A DNA stretch of 13,076 nt. It comes from Myxococcota bacterium (GTDB lineage: Bacteria; Myxococcota; SpSt-1050). The notes under the pieces were generated by a model, which was not told the origin of the DNA, did not search any database, and was given only the letters and a program-made list of their open reading frames with translations. Below, in pieces: positions 1 through 8,008 of the stretch. The stretch covers positions 1 through 13,076 of the forward strand of contig JBMFOP010000083.1 of the NCBI GenBank assembly GCA_049969675.1. Reading direction: 5' to 3'. The translations under genes were made by a program, and so were the position numbers. Positions within the stretch are counted from its first letter, which is position 1. Every line of letters begins with the position of its first letter.

Positions 1-48
1 AATAGATTGATAAGACTGAATGAATTGAAAGAAAAACTGAATCAATAA
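1..48 (+). CDS. Possible 3' end of a gene entering from outside the window (NRLIRLNELKEKLNQ*)
   Basis: Frame 1 is open from base 1 to TAA at 46-48, purine-rich and helix-like, convergent with the rubrerythrin gene. Too short to identify. Confidence 0.4.
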   Translation, partial: NRLIRLNELKEKLNQ

Positions 49-57
49 AACATATTT

Positions 58-103
58 TAGATTCTTTAATCGCAACTTCTACACAGAATGCACAGAAGAT
101 TTT
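58..103. repeat. Copy 1 of a ~46-bp dispersed imperfect direct repeat with internal hairpin
   Basis: tagattctttaatcgcaacttctacacagaatgcacagaagatttt aligns with 13032..13076 at 40/46 positions (5 mismatches, 1 gap; manual alignment). Confidence 0.8.
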
Positions 104-153
104 TCAGGACTTTTGGTTTCGGCTATGCGGAATTAGTATATCAAATATGATAT

Positions 154-651
154 CTACTCAATCTTATAGAATTTATTTTTTGAGGCACCGCAGACTGGAC
201 AGTCCTCCTCCATTGGGCCTTCATTCAAATAACCACAAACTGGGCAAATATAATAATCTACAATCTTCTCTTCCATCATATTTTTGAGGGCGTTCTCATA
301 CAACTTTGTGTGAACTGCTTCAACATCTCTTGCTTGAGAAAAAACAATCATCGCTGACTTCTCTCCATCTTCTTCTGCCTCTTTTAACATCTTAGGATAA
401 TAGACCCCATTTACGAGATTCTCAGACTGGAAGGCATTTTCAAGATTTGTCTGTGTATCAGAGACCTTTTCAAGCAATGCAAAATGCCTCCTTGAATGTA
501 TCCCCTCCGACTCCGCTACCGCTCTGAAGAGTCTGGCAATCTGGGGAAGACCTTCGCTCTCAGCCTTTTGAGCATACATCAGGAGCCTCTGATAAGCCTT
601 TGCCTCTCCAATAAATGCCTCATTGACATTCTTTTTTGTTCTTTCATTCAT
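154..651 (-). CDS. rbr: Rubrerythrin family protein (ferritin-like di-iron domain plus C-terminal rubredoxin-like site)
   Basis: AFIGEAKA, FRAVAESEGIH (ExxH), YYP, DVEAVH (ExxH), and C-terminal CPVCGY...CPVCG. GAGGA SD-like motif upstream. Confidence 0.92.
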   Translation of the reverse strand: MNERTKKNVNEAFIGEAKAYQRLLMYAQKAESEGLPQIARLFRAVAESEGIHSRRHFALLEKVSDTQTNLENAFQSENLVNGVYYPKMLKEAEEDGEKSAMIVFSQARDVEAVHTKLYENALKNMMEEKIVDYYICPVCGYLNEGPMEEDCPVCGASKNKFYKIE

Positions 652-659
652 ACCATTCC

Positions 660-1799
660 TCAGGATTTCTTATCATATTCTCTATTTAGATTTGCAAATG
701 GTCTGTTAGAAAATCCATCTCTCTTTCTCTTCCCGTCATCATTTTTATATTGATGCTCTTTATTGTGCACATTGTGTCTAAATTCCTTGTTGTGGTGCCT
801 ATCTTCCAGATTTTCAATATATTCTCTCCTTTTAGAAAGCATATTCTTCAGAATGCCATACATCTTAAGCCATTCCCATCTCTCTACCGCCGGATATCCC
901 GCTATCTCCTTTTCTGACTGGACATCTGAAATTACTCCCGACTTCCCCCCTATCCTGACTCTATCTCCAATTGTAAGATGCCCTGCAATACCTGCCTGTC
1001 CGCCAATCTGAACCCAATTGCCAATCCTCGTTGAACCAGCTACTCCACTCTGACCGGCAATAATACTATGTTCCCCTATCTCAACATTATGACCTATTTG
1101 AATTAGATTATCCAGTTTTGTGCCCTTTCTGATTATTGTATCGCCAACAGTAGCCCTATCTATTGTACAATTTGCCCCTATCTCAACATCGTCTTCAATA
1201 ATTACCCCACCAATCTGCCTGACCTTTCTATAACCATCCTTACCTGCAATGAATCCAAACCCATCAGCCCCGATAATAGCCCCGGAATGTATTATAACAT
1301 CATTTCCAATAACACATCTCTCTCTAACCACAACATTGGGGTAGACTATACAGTTATCACCAATCCTTGAAAGATATCCGATATAGACATTTGGATAGAT
1401 AATCGTATTCTTGCCTATATATGCACCTTTTTCAATATAGGCGCCAGCCATTACTACTGAACCACTCTGAATAAATGCCTCTTTATCAACAAAAGCCTTT
1501 TCAGAAATCCCTGTTGGTATATAGTTTGGGGGGATAAACATCTCAATCACATCTGCGAATGCCAGATACGGGTCGTCCACGATTAAAAGATTTTTATTAA
1601 TTATACCTGAAGAGAGCTTTTCATTGGTTATTATTGCTGATGCCTTTGTAGTCTCAACAAATTTTTTATACCGTTCTTTAACAAGTAAAGTTATCTCATT
1701 TGGCTTTGCCTTCTGAATGGGCCCTACCCCCTCAATCTCAACAGATGGGTCACCAATAATCTTTGCAGAGATGCGGATAGCGAGTTCAGATAATCTCAT
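660..1799 (-). CDS. lpxD: UDP-3-O-acyl-glucosamine N-acyltransferase with a polar C-terminal extension
   Basis: N-terminal uridine-binding region (MRLSELA...DPYLAFA), hexapeptide repeats, IIHSGAIIGADGFGF, EDDVEIGANCTIDR, KLDNLIQIGHNV containing the catalytic His. ATGA overlap with the skp stop. Confidence 0.96.
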   Translation of the reverse strand: MRLSELAIRISAKIIGDPSVEIEGVGPIQKAKPNEITLLVKERYKKFVETTKASAIITNEKLSSGIINKNLLIVDDPYLAFADVIEMFIPPNYIPTGISEKAFVDKEAFIQSGSVVMAGAYIEKGAYIGKNTIIYPNVYIGYLSRIGDNCIVYPNVVVRERCVIGNDVIIHSGAIIGADGFGFIAGKDGYRKVRQIGGVIIEDDVEIGANCTIDRATVGDTIIRKGTKLDNLIQIGHNVEIGEHSIIAGQSGVAGSTRIGNWVQIGGQAGIAGHLTIGDRVRIGGKSGVISDVQSEKEIAGYPAVERWEWLKMYGILKNMLSKRREYIENLEDRHHNKEFRHNVHNKEHQYKNDDGKRKRDGFSNRPFANLNREYDKKS

Positions 1800-2332
1800 T
1801 TCTTCTTACCACCGGAATATCTTTCGTTATATTTTCTTATTACCTCATTTGTTATATCCATTGATGGGAGCGCATAAAGTATCCTGCCCTCAGCCTTATC
1901 CAGAATAAGGGTAAATCCATCTCTCTGAGCTATCTCCGCTATTATTACCTGCGCCTTATCAAATATCTCTTTGGTCAGGCCAAGCTCATTTTCAGAAAGC
2001 TCCTTCTGAAGCTTTGCATAAAGCTGTTGTAGTTCAATAAAGTCCTGTTGCAACTCCTGCTGTTTCTGTCTTCTGGCATCCTCTTTTAATACCAGAGATT
2101 GTTTATCATAGTCCTCCTTCTTCTTCTTTAGTTCTTCCTGCTTCTTATCCAGCTGTGCCTGCTTCTCATTAAATTCTCTTTTGAGTTTCTCTTTGGCCTT
2201 AGCCCCATCCTCAACCTCATTAAGGACTCTCTGCATATCCACATACCCAATCTTTATCTTGGTCTGTGCATAGGATGCAACTGGAAGCAGAAGAAGTAAT
2301 ATTACCCCTCCTGAAATAAGGTTCTTCAACAT
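1796..2332 (-). CDS. skp: OmpH/Skp periplasmic outer-membrane-protein chaperone
   Basis: Signal peptide (..LPVASYA), KIGYVDMQRVL, long coiled coil, GFTLILDK...DITNEVI. AAGGAG SD. Canonical position directly upstream of lpxD. Confidence 0.92.
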   Translation of the reverse strand: MLKNLISGGVILLLLLPVASYAQTKIKIGYVDMQRVLNEVEDGAKAKEKLKREFNEKQAQLDKKQEELKKKKEDYDKQSLVLKEDARRQKQQELQQDFIELQQLYAKLQKELSENELGLTKEIFDKAQVIIAEIAQRDGFTLILDKAEGRILYALPSMDITNEVIRKYNERYSGGKKK

Positions 2333-2350
2333 TGTGTTTCTCCTTGTTGA

Positions 2351-2578
2351 TTACAATTTTGGTTTAACTTTGGACTTTAACAGGTCTCTAATATCTCTTG
2401 AAGGTAGGACCTTCCCCTCAGCGATCTCTCTTAATGCAATCACAACGGGTTTGTTCTTGCTGATAATCATTGGTCGCGCCCCGTTGAAAATCTGTCTTGC
2501 CCTCTTCGCCGCTACAAGTACAAGAGCAAATCTATTATCCACATAAGGTAAACAATCTTCAATTGTAACTCTTGCCAT
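2351..2578 (-). CDS. rpoZ: RNA polymerase omega subunit
   Basis: [28 protein letters not shown]...[21 protein letters not shown] upstream. Confidence 0.97.
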   Translation of the reverse strand: MARVTIEDCLPYVDNRFALVLVAAKRARQIFNGARPMIISKNKPVVIALREIAEGKVLPSRDIRDLLKSKVKPKL

Positions 2579-2590
2579 TAATAAAACCTC

Positions 2591-4012
2591 CTATCTATCT
2601 GGCTTATTGGCCTGTTCATGTACATCCTGTTTACTATCCTCTAAATAATCCTTAATAGAGAAAGATATATCCTCAAACTTCTTGGACTCTATGAAGGATA
2701 TCTCCTCTCTTATACTGGAGCGGAGAGGAGTTCCTTCAGCGTCTCTCTCTCCAAACTCTACCCTTCCAATCTCTCTGGATAGGGAGTCATATATTATAAT
2801 CAATTTTTCTGGTTTGTCCAGTTTATATTTTTCCAATAACACTGGATTTGATGGCTTCATCTGGGTTGCCTTTGTATCATTCAGGAAATATAGCAATGAG
2901 GAGATTTTGTAATATTTGACCTTCTTCTTTGAGTTGTTCTCCAGATAATACCAATCAGAGGAGGTATCAGTCTGCTCTTTTACAAAGGCATATTTATCTG
3001 TCCCGCTATCTAACTCAATCTTAAAGACCGAATCTCTCTCAAAATCTAAAATCTTTTTGAATTTATAATCATAAGGTTTTTTATCAAGGTCCTTGTAAAA
3101 CGAGGAATCCACCTCTATAGGGACATCTGTGTTCTGTCTCATTACATATACCTTTTCCACTCCCTGTGAATCCTTTACCTTTGAGATACTGATGGAAGAG
3201 ACCGCCATATCGGCGCCCTTATATATTTTCAGATAATCCTTTGACCTATCAAATCCGAATTCTGAAAGCCCCTTCTTCTCCTCAAAAAATGCCTTTGCAG
3301 ATAGATTCTTGATAGAATTCTTTAATTTGTTGATTTCATCATCATCCGCCCTTGTCTTCTCTGGAGAGAGCATCTCCCAGATTTTATCCTTCTGCTCAAA
3401 TATATATACTATATCACCTATCTTATATTCAATCTTCTTAATCTCATTGGTCTCAACCTTAAAGACCGATTTATCCCTCAGACTAAAGAGGTCTTTATCC
3501 AGATTCCCTTTGACATACCCTTCAATCAGAAATACCTCATTTGAATCCTCAAATTTCATATAGTATTTCCCATCAAAGTCATTTCTGATTCCACATAAAA
3601 GTCTTCTTGTATTCCCATTCTTGAGTTTATACTCAATTATCAACGAAGGTGTAGTCAGACCAAAATTGGAGAGCCTTTCATTGTCAACAAAACGGGTCGT
3701 GGACCTCAAAGATTCAAGTGTATTGATGATAGTATCAACTGTATTCTTATCTACATCAGATGAGATAGGGCTTACAATCCTGAACTGGTCATTCTCCTTT
3801 TTTAGCTCTATAGTCTTATTGTCTCTGTGAGTGATTTTAATCTCAGCAATATCATCTTTCTTGAGGTCCTTTACTACCTTTGTCTCCTCCTCCTTCTTTG
3901 TAACCTCCTCCTGCGATCTCTTATACTCTACAAAATATGCGTATAGTCCAAGGGCTATGAGTATAACCAATGCAAGAGCGGTCTTCAAAAGTGATCTGTG
4001 AAAGTCCTTCAT
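2591..4012 (-). CDS. Membrane-anchored DUF4340-like periplasmic protein (accessory to the Gld-like ABC system)
   Basis: Single N-terminal TM helix, then repeated units (I.EI.I...; L..L....F; FGL..P) typical of DUF4340. Located after a GldG-like gene, the usual context. GGAGG SD. Confidence 0.75.
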   Translation of the reverse strand: MKDFHRSLLKTALALVILIALGLYAYFVEYKRSQEEVTKKEEETKVVKDLKKDDIAEIKITHRDNKTIELKKENDQFRIVSPISSDVDKNTVDTIINTLESLRSTTRFVDNERLSNFGLTTPSLIIEYKLKNGNTRRLLCGIRNDFDGKYYMKFEDSNEVFLIEGYVKGNLDKDLFSLRDKSVFKVETNEIKKIEYKIGDIVYIFEQKDKIWEMLSPEKTRADDDEINKLKNSIKNLSAKAFFEEKKGLSEFGFDRSKDYLKIYKGADMAVSSISISKVKDSQGVEKVYVMRQNTDVPIEVDSSFYKDLDKKPYDYKFKKILDFERDSVFKIELDSGTDKYAFVKEQTDTSSDWYYLENNSKKKVKYYKISSLLYFLNDTKATQMKPSNPVLLEKYKLDKPEKLIIIYDSLSREIGRVEFGERDAEGTPLRSSIREEISFIESKKFEDISFSIKDYLEDSKQDVHEQANKPDR

Positions 4013-4033
4013 ATACAGAATCCTCCATTATTC

Positions 4034-5572
4034 TTACTTCTTTCTTCTATTAACAGTCAGGACTATAGCACCTATAAAGAATGCAAGGGGAATTGCGACC
4101 ATGGTTGTATATTTTACAATGTTTGCCTCTTTTTGAGTCAGGAAGACCCTGCTTGAAGCCCTCTTTTTGGGTCTGATGGAGATGAGGTCCTCTCTCTGTG
4201 TTACCCAGTTTACTGAATTGTTAAAGAAATCCCCATTCCCCGAATATGGTCTAAATTTGTTATTGACAAATTCAGAGTCTCCAAATACAACTATTCTTAT
4301 ATCTGGAGAATTCTCAGAGGCAGATGAATGTTTCTTTGAGACGGCTACCGCAATTGATAACGGCCCTTTGATATCTGCCCCTTCAGTAAAGGAGACCTCT
4401 CCCTTTTTTAGAGCCTCAAAGTCAGTCTCTGCCCAGCTGGAAGGTGTAGTAGATGCGAGTGTCTTAACCGATGTTCCCGGGGGCAGTGTCTGAACAGGCG
4501 AGACAGTCCTTGCTGTAGGAAAGAACGAGGCGGCCTCAAACCCCTTCGTAATTTCATGGTCACCATACTGAGCCACGAGTGGTATGCTCGCACCCATACC
4601 GAATGCCCTCGACATCGGATCTACAATAAAATCATTTCCTATATTTACTCCATAATCAAGCAGGAGACCTTCAAGGCCTGTCCTGACCTCGGGTTCAAGC
4701 ATTACAATCAATCTGCCCATTCGCTCCTGCAAATAGTCAGAGATCGCCTTTACCTCCTCGGGGAGAAAGAGTTTCTTTGGGCCTGCGATGATAAGGGCTG
4801 ATGCATCCTGAGGTATCTTCTCTATTCCAATATTGAGCTTTGCAACCTCAATCCCCTCTTTTCTAATAGAATCAGCGGTCATAGCATATCCGGTCTCCTC
4901 TTTACTATCAATATCCGCCTCGCCGTGTCCGGTTACAAAATATACCTTCTTCTTCTCTGCCTTTGTTATGGAGATAAGCCCATTTGTAACCCCTTCCTCT
5001 GTGGGCTCTTTGACCTTCGCCTCTCTATCCGCAGATTTCAGCACAATTCTTGGACCTGTGCTTGTAATACCAAATGCATTTACCCTCTCTGGATTCTTCA
5101 CAGGGTCTACAAATTCATAAGTGAATAGGGAATTGTAATATTTATAATTTTCAAACAGGTCTCTCAACTTCTCGGTCTCAGGGGCATCCACCGGATAAAA
5201 TGCAAATGCCTTTACCTCGCTTTTTAGTGTCTTCAGGACCTTAAGTGTCTGGTCGGAAAGTGTATATATCTTGTCCTGATTCAGATCCATCTTGTATGGA
5301 TGTCTTACCCCTATGTAATTTATAACAACCAGAATTCCGAGGACAATTATGATAGTAAAGAACATATTTGTCCCATATCGGGTAGAACGCGCTGCAAAAA
5401 ATGCCTTTACATCAGAGAAATTTATAATGACATAGATGAGAAGCAAGAAGATTGAAATACCCAGAATTACAAGAGGTAGTGCAGTTATCTCGGGCTGAAC
5501 AAGGAATAAAAATATGCCGATTATAAGACCGAAAAGACCAATTACTCCCAATATACTACCTATCTTCTTCAT
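4034..5572 (-). CDS. GldG-family ABC transporter auxiliary protein (ABC_transp_aux/GIFT-like domain)
   Basis: N-terminal TM helices, DLNQDKIYTLSDQT, YEFVDP, VYFVTGHGE, LIIAGPKK, IVVFGDSEF, NGDFFNNSVNW, C-terminal TM helix followed by RRKK. Confidence 0.88.
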   Translation of the reverse strand: MKKIGSILGVIGLFGLIIGIFLFLVQPEITALPLVILGISIFLLLIYVIINFSDVKAFFAARSTRYGTNMFFTIIIVLGILVVINYIGVRHPYKMDLNQDKIYTLSDQTLKVLKTLKSEVKAFAFYPVDAPETEKLRDLFENYKYYNSLFTYEFVDPVKNPERVNAFGITSTGPRIVLKSADREAKVKEPTEEGVTNGLISITKAEKKKVYFVTGHGEADIDSKEETGYAMTADSIRKEGIEVAKLNIGIEKIPQDASALIIAGPKKLFLPEEVKAISDYLQERMGRLIVMLEPEVRTGLEGLLLDYGVNIGNDFIVDPMSRAFGMGASIPLVAQYGDHEITKGFEAASFFPTARTVSPVQTLPPGTSVKTLASTTPSSWAETDFEALKKGEVSFTEGADIKGPLSIAVAVSKKHSSASENSPDIRIVVFGDSEFVNNKFRPYSGNGDFFNNSVNWVTQREDLISIRPKKRASSRVFLTQKEANIVKYTTMVAIPLAFFIGAIVLTVNRRKK

Positions 5573-5575
5573 AGA

Positions 5576-6373
5576 TTACCTCCATCTCTGAGAAGAGATT
5601 GCCTGCTGTGTAAGAAATAAGCCAAAGAATATGACAGAGCAATAATATATCAGGTCCTTTATCTCTATCAGACCTTTTGTAAATTGATCAAGGTGTTCAA
5701 GTAGTGACAGGTATCGCAGAACCTCTTTGGTAATACCCTCCGCACCGGCAGCTGCCCAACCTATTACCCAGAAGAGGAGTAAAAGTCCAAATGCGACAAT
5801 TGCGGATATTATCTGGGATTCAGTAAGAGATGATGCAAATAATCCGAGTGCAGCAAATGCGGCACCAGCCAGAAATAGCCCGAGTCCAGATGTAATGAGA
5901 GGCATCCATTCAATTGAACCCGTAGAGAGCCCACCTTCAGAACCGAAGAATGAGAGCAATATCGGATAGATAAAAACTATCAACACCATTACAAATATAA
6001 CACTTAAGGATGAGAGATATTTTCCGAGTACAATCTGCCATGTTGAAACAGGGGTCGTCATCAGGAGTTCATAGGTCTTGAGCCTCTTCTCATCTGCGAT
6101 AAGTCTCATTGTAATAACTGGAATCATCAGCAAGAAGAAGACATTGATATTGAGAAAGAGCGGTCTCATCACCATATCGTTTAAGTTCATATGTTCAAGC
6201 ATCTGCGGTGCCTGATACTGCAGAAACTGTAGAGACTGTCTCTGAAAGTAACTGAATATCTGCAAAAAGAAATAACCACTGATTAGTGAAAAGATCCCAA
6301 ATATTACATAGGCTACTGGGGTATCAAAGTATATCTTAAATTCCTTCTTAAAGATTGATAATATATTCCTCAT
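5576..6373 (-). CDS. GldF-like ABC-2 type permease
   Basis: KKEFKIYFDTPVAYV, ITMRLIADEKRLKTYELLMTTP, IVLGKY, GLFASSLTESQIISA. Start moved from the track's 6430 to the ATG at 6373 (MRNILSIF), which has an AGGAGG SD and avoids overlap with the ATPase gene. Confidence 0.9.
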   Translation of the reverse strand: MRNILSIFKKEFKIYFDTPVAYVIFGIFSLISGYFFLQIFSYFQRQSLQFLQYQAPQMLEHMNLNDMVMRPLFLNINVFFLLMIPVITMRLIADEKRLKTYELLMTTPVSTWQIVLGKYLSSLSVIFVMVLIVFIYPILLSFFGSEGGLSTGSIEWMPLITSGLGLFLAGAAFAALGLFASSLTESQIISAIVAFGLLLLFWVIGWAAAGAEGITKEVLRYLSLLEHLDQFTKGLIEIKDLIYYCSVIFFGLFLTQQAISSQRWR

Positions 6374-6383
6374 AAAATCCTCC

Positions 6384-7316
6384 TTATGCTGCCTTCTCTT
6401 CGGTTGTAAGCTCTCTGAAGACATCCTCAAGGCTCAATGTAATTGGTCTGAATTCCAGAAGTCCAAAACCACCATCCACTATATGCTTTGCGATCTCATC
6501 TCTCCTATCCTCTTCCTGCTCAAAGATGATATGAAATCCATCCTGCATCTCAGGGGGCTGATTAATCTTTACACCAAACTTCTCCTTTATCTGTTTCATC
6601 AGTTCAACGGAGAATCTCCTCACCTTTACCACCATCTCAGATATCTTCGTCCTGCGCCTTAATAAATCTTCAATATTCTCAGTGGCAACAATATGCCCTT
6701 TGTGAATTACTATTACCTTTCTACAGGTCATCTCCACCTCTGGTAATATATGGGTGGAAAGTATAACTGTCTTCTCCTTTGCAAGCTCTTTAATTAAGGT
6801 TCTCACTTCAAAGACCTGATTGGGGTCAAGCCCAATAGTGGGCTCATCAAATATCACCAATTCTGGATTCCCCAGAATCGCCTGTGCAATTCCAACTCTC
6901 TGACGATATCCCTTTGAGAGATGGGCGATCAACCTCCTCTGTACATCACCAATACCACACCTCTCAGAGACCCTATCCACCTCCTCTTTTATCTTCTTTG
7001 ACTCTACGCCTTTAATTGATGCCACAAATTTGAGATAATCCACAACAGTCATATCATTGTAGAGTGGAGGATTTTCCGGGAGATAACCTATTCTCTTCTT
7101 GACCTCAATAGGGCTTTCAAAGACATCAAATCCAGCAACCTTTGCACTCCCACTATCTGGTGGCATAAATCCGGTAATAATCTTCATCGTCGTAGTCTTT
7201 CCAGCACCGTTTGGACCAAGAAAGCCTACAATATCACCCTTCTCCACACTAAAAGTTACATCTTCAATCGCACGAATCTGCTTGTAAAATTTCGTCAGTC
7301 CTTTTACCTCTATCAT
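6384..7316 (-). CDS. GldA-like ABC transporter ATP-binding subunit
   Basis: Walker A GPNGAGKTT, variant signature LSKGYRQR typical of the GldA group, Walker B IFDEPT, STH switch. AAGGAGG SD. Confidence 0.93.
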   Translation of the reverse strand: MIEVKGLTKFYKQIRAIEDVTFSVEKGDIVGFLGPNGAGKTTTMKIITGFMPPDSGSAKVAGFDVFESPIEVKKRIGYLPENPPLYNDMTVVDYLKFVASIKGVESKKIKEEVDRVSERCGIGDVQRRLIAHLSKGYRQRVGIAQAILGNPELVIFDEPTIGLDPNQVFEVRTLIKELAKEKTVILSTHILPEVEMTCRKVIVIHKGHIVATENIEDLLRRRTKISEMVVKVRRFSVELMKQIKEKFGVKINQPPEMQDGFHIIFEQEEDRRDEIAKHIVDGGFGLLEFRPITLSLEDVFRELTTEEKAA

Positions 7317-7555
7317 TTAAACCTCCTTCAATTTCACTGATAAACCATAAAAATTCATCCAGAGTTCAAATAAAATGACGCCTTAAATTAAACCCTATCT
7401 CAAAGTGCTGATTTACTAAACAGAATACTCAAAAAAATATTCCATACCCAAAATCCTTTTAAAAGGCTCAAGACCACTTCGCAGAGTTATAACACCAATT
7501 AAAATAAATTTTTTAGGAAATAGAGTTTGAAACACCAACAACAAATAGACTATCT

Positions 7556-7885
7556 CTACTTTGAAGTGACTATACTTTCTGTTTTTGTGACACCCTTTTC
7601 AGATTTGGCACTCCTCACCTGTTCGGTTGCACTCCCTTTATCTGAGTCTTTTTTATGATTGCCTTTGGAATTATTGGTGGCAACCTTTTCGGTTGTTGGT
7701 GAGTTCTTCCTTGCATAATCTGTAATATACCACCCTGAGCCTTTGAGTTGAAAGGAGCTTACTGATATTATTTTGTGCAACTTCCCACCGCATATCTCAC
7801 AACTCTCTGGAATCTTCTCCCCGTTTCTAATAAAGATTTCAAAAATCTCACTGCACTTCTCACACTGATATTCATAAAATGGCAT
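7556..7885 (-). CDS. FmdB-family zinc-ribbon protein (putative regulator)
   Basis: MPFYEYQCEKC...CEICGG.L.KIIS...F.LKGSGWY.TDY, then a low-complexity S/K/T tail. ATG at 7885 is correctly spaced from AGGAGG; the track's GTG at 7894 abuts the SD. Confidence 0.9.
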   Translation of the reverse strand: MPFYEYQCEKCSEIFEIFIRNGEKIPESCEICGGKLHKIISVSSFQLKGSGWYITDYARKNSPTTEKVATNNSKGNHKKDSDKGSATEQVRSAKSEKGVTKTESIVTSK

Positions 7886-7918
7886 ATCAAACACCCTCCT
7901 TAGGCAGACGGCGATGAA

Positions 7919-7946
7919 ATAATATGCATTATTTATAAATAGTCAA
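7919..7946 (-). promoter_or_regulatory. Putative sigma70 promoter for the FmdB-like gene
   Basis: Minus strand reads TTGACT (7946-7941), 16 bp spacer, TATTAT (7924-7919), just upstream of the SD. Confidence 0.55.
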
Positions 7947-8008
7947 CTGCTTATTTTACTGAACTTTTTAATTGAATAAACTGGTTTTTATGCTATTTCA
8001 CCAGAATT

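Noticed and set aside
6374..6430. N-terminal extension of the permease in the ORF track
   Set aside because: Overlaps the ATPase 3' end by 47 bp; the ATG at 6373 has a proper AGGAGG SD and a family-typical N-terminus.
496..7287. Short plus-strand ORFs in the track (e.g. 496..753, 763..1011, 2682..2912, 4167..4493, 4833..5120, 5727..5969, 7099..7287) and the nested minus-strand ORF 4408..4593
   Set aside because: They are antisense or out-of-frame shadows of well-supported genes, with no recognisable motifs.
4034..7316. Calling the Gld-like ABC genes a gliding-motility system
   Set aside because: The family is widespread in non-gliding bacteria and no other motility genes are in the window.
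7317..7555. 239-bp intergenic region upstream of the ABC operon as a riboswitch or ncRNA
   Set aside because: No convincing stems or known motifs seen by eye, and no well-spaced promoter could be called; an Rfam search would be needed.
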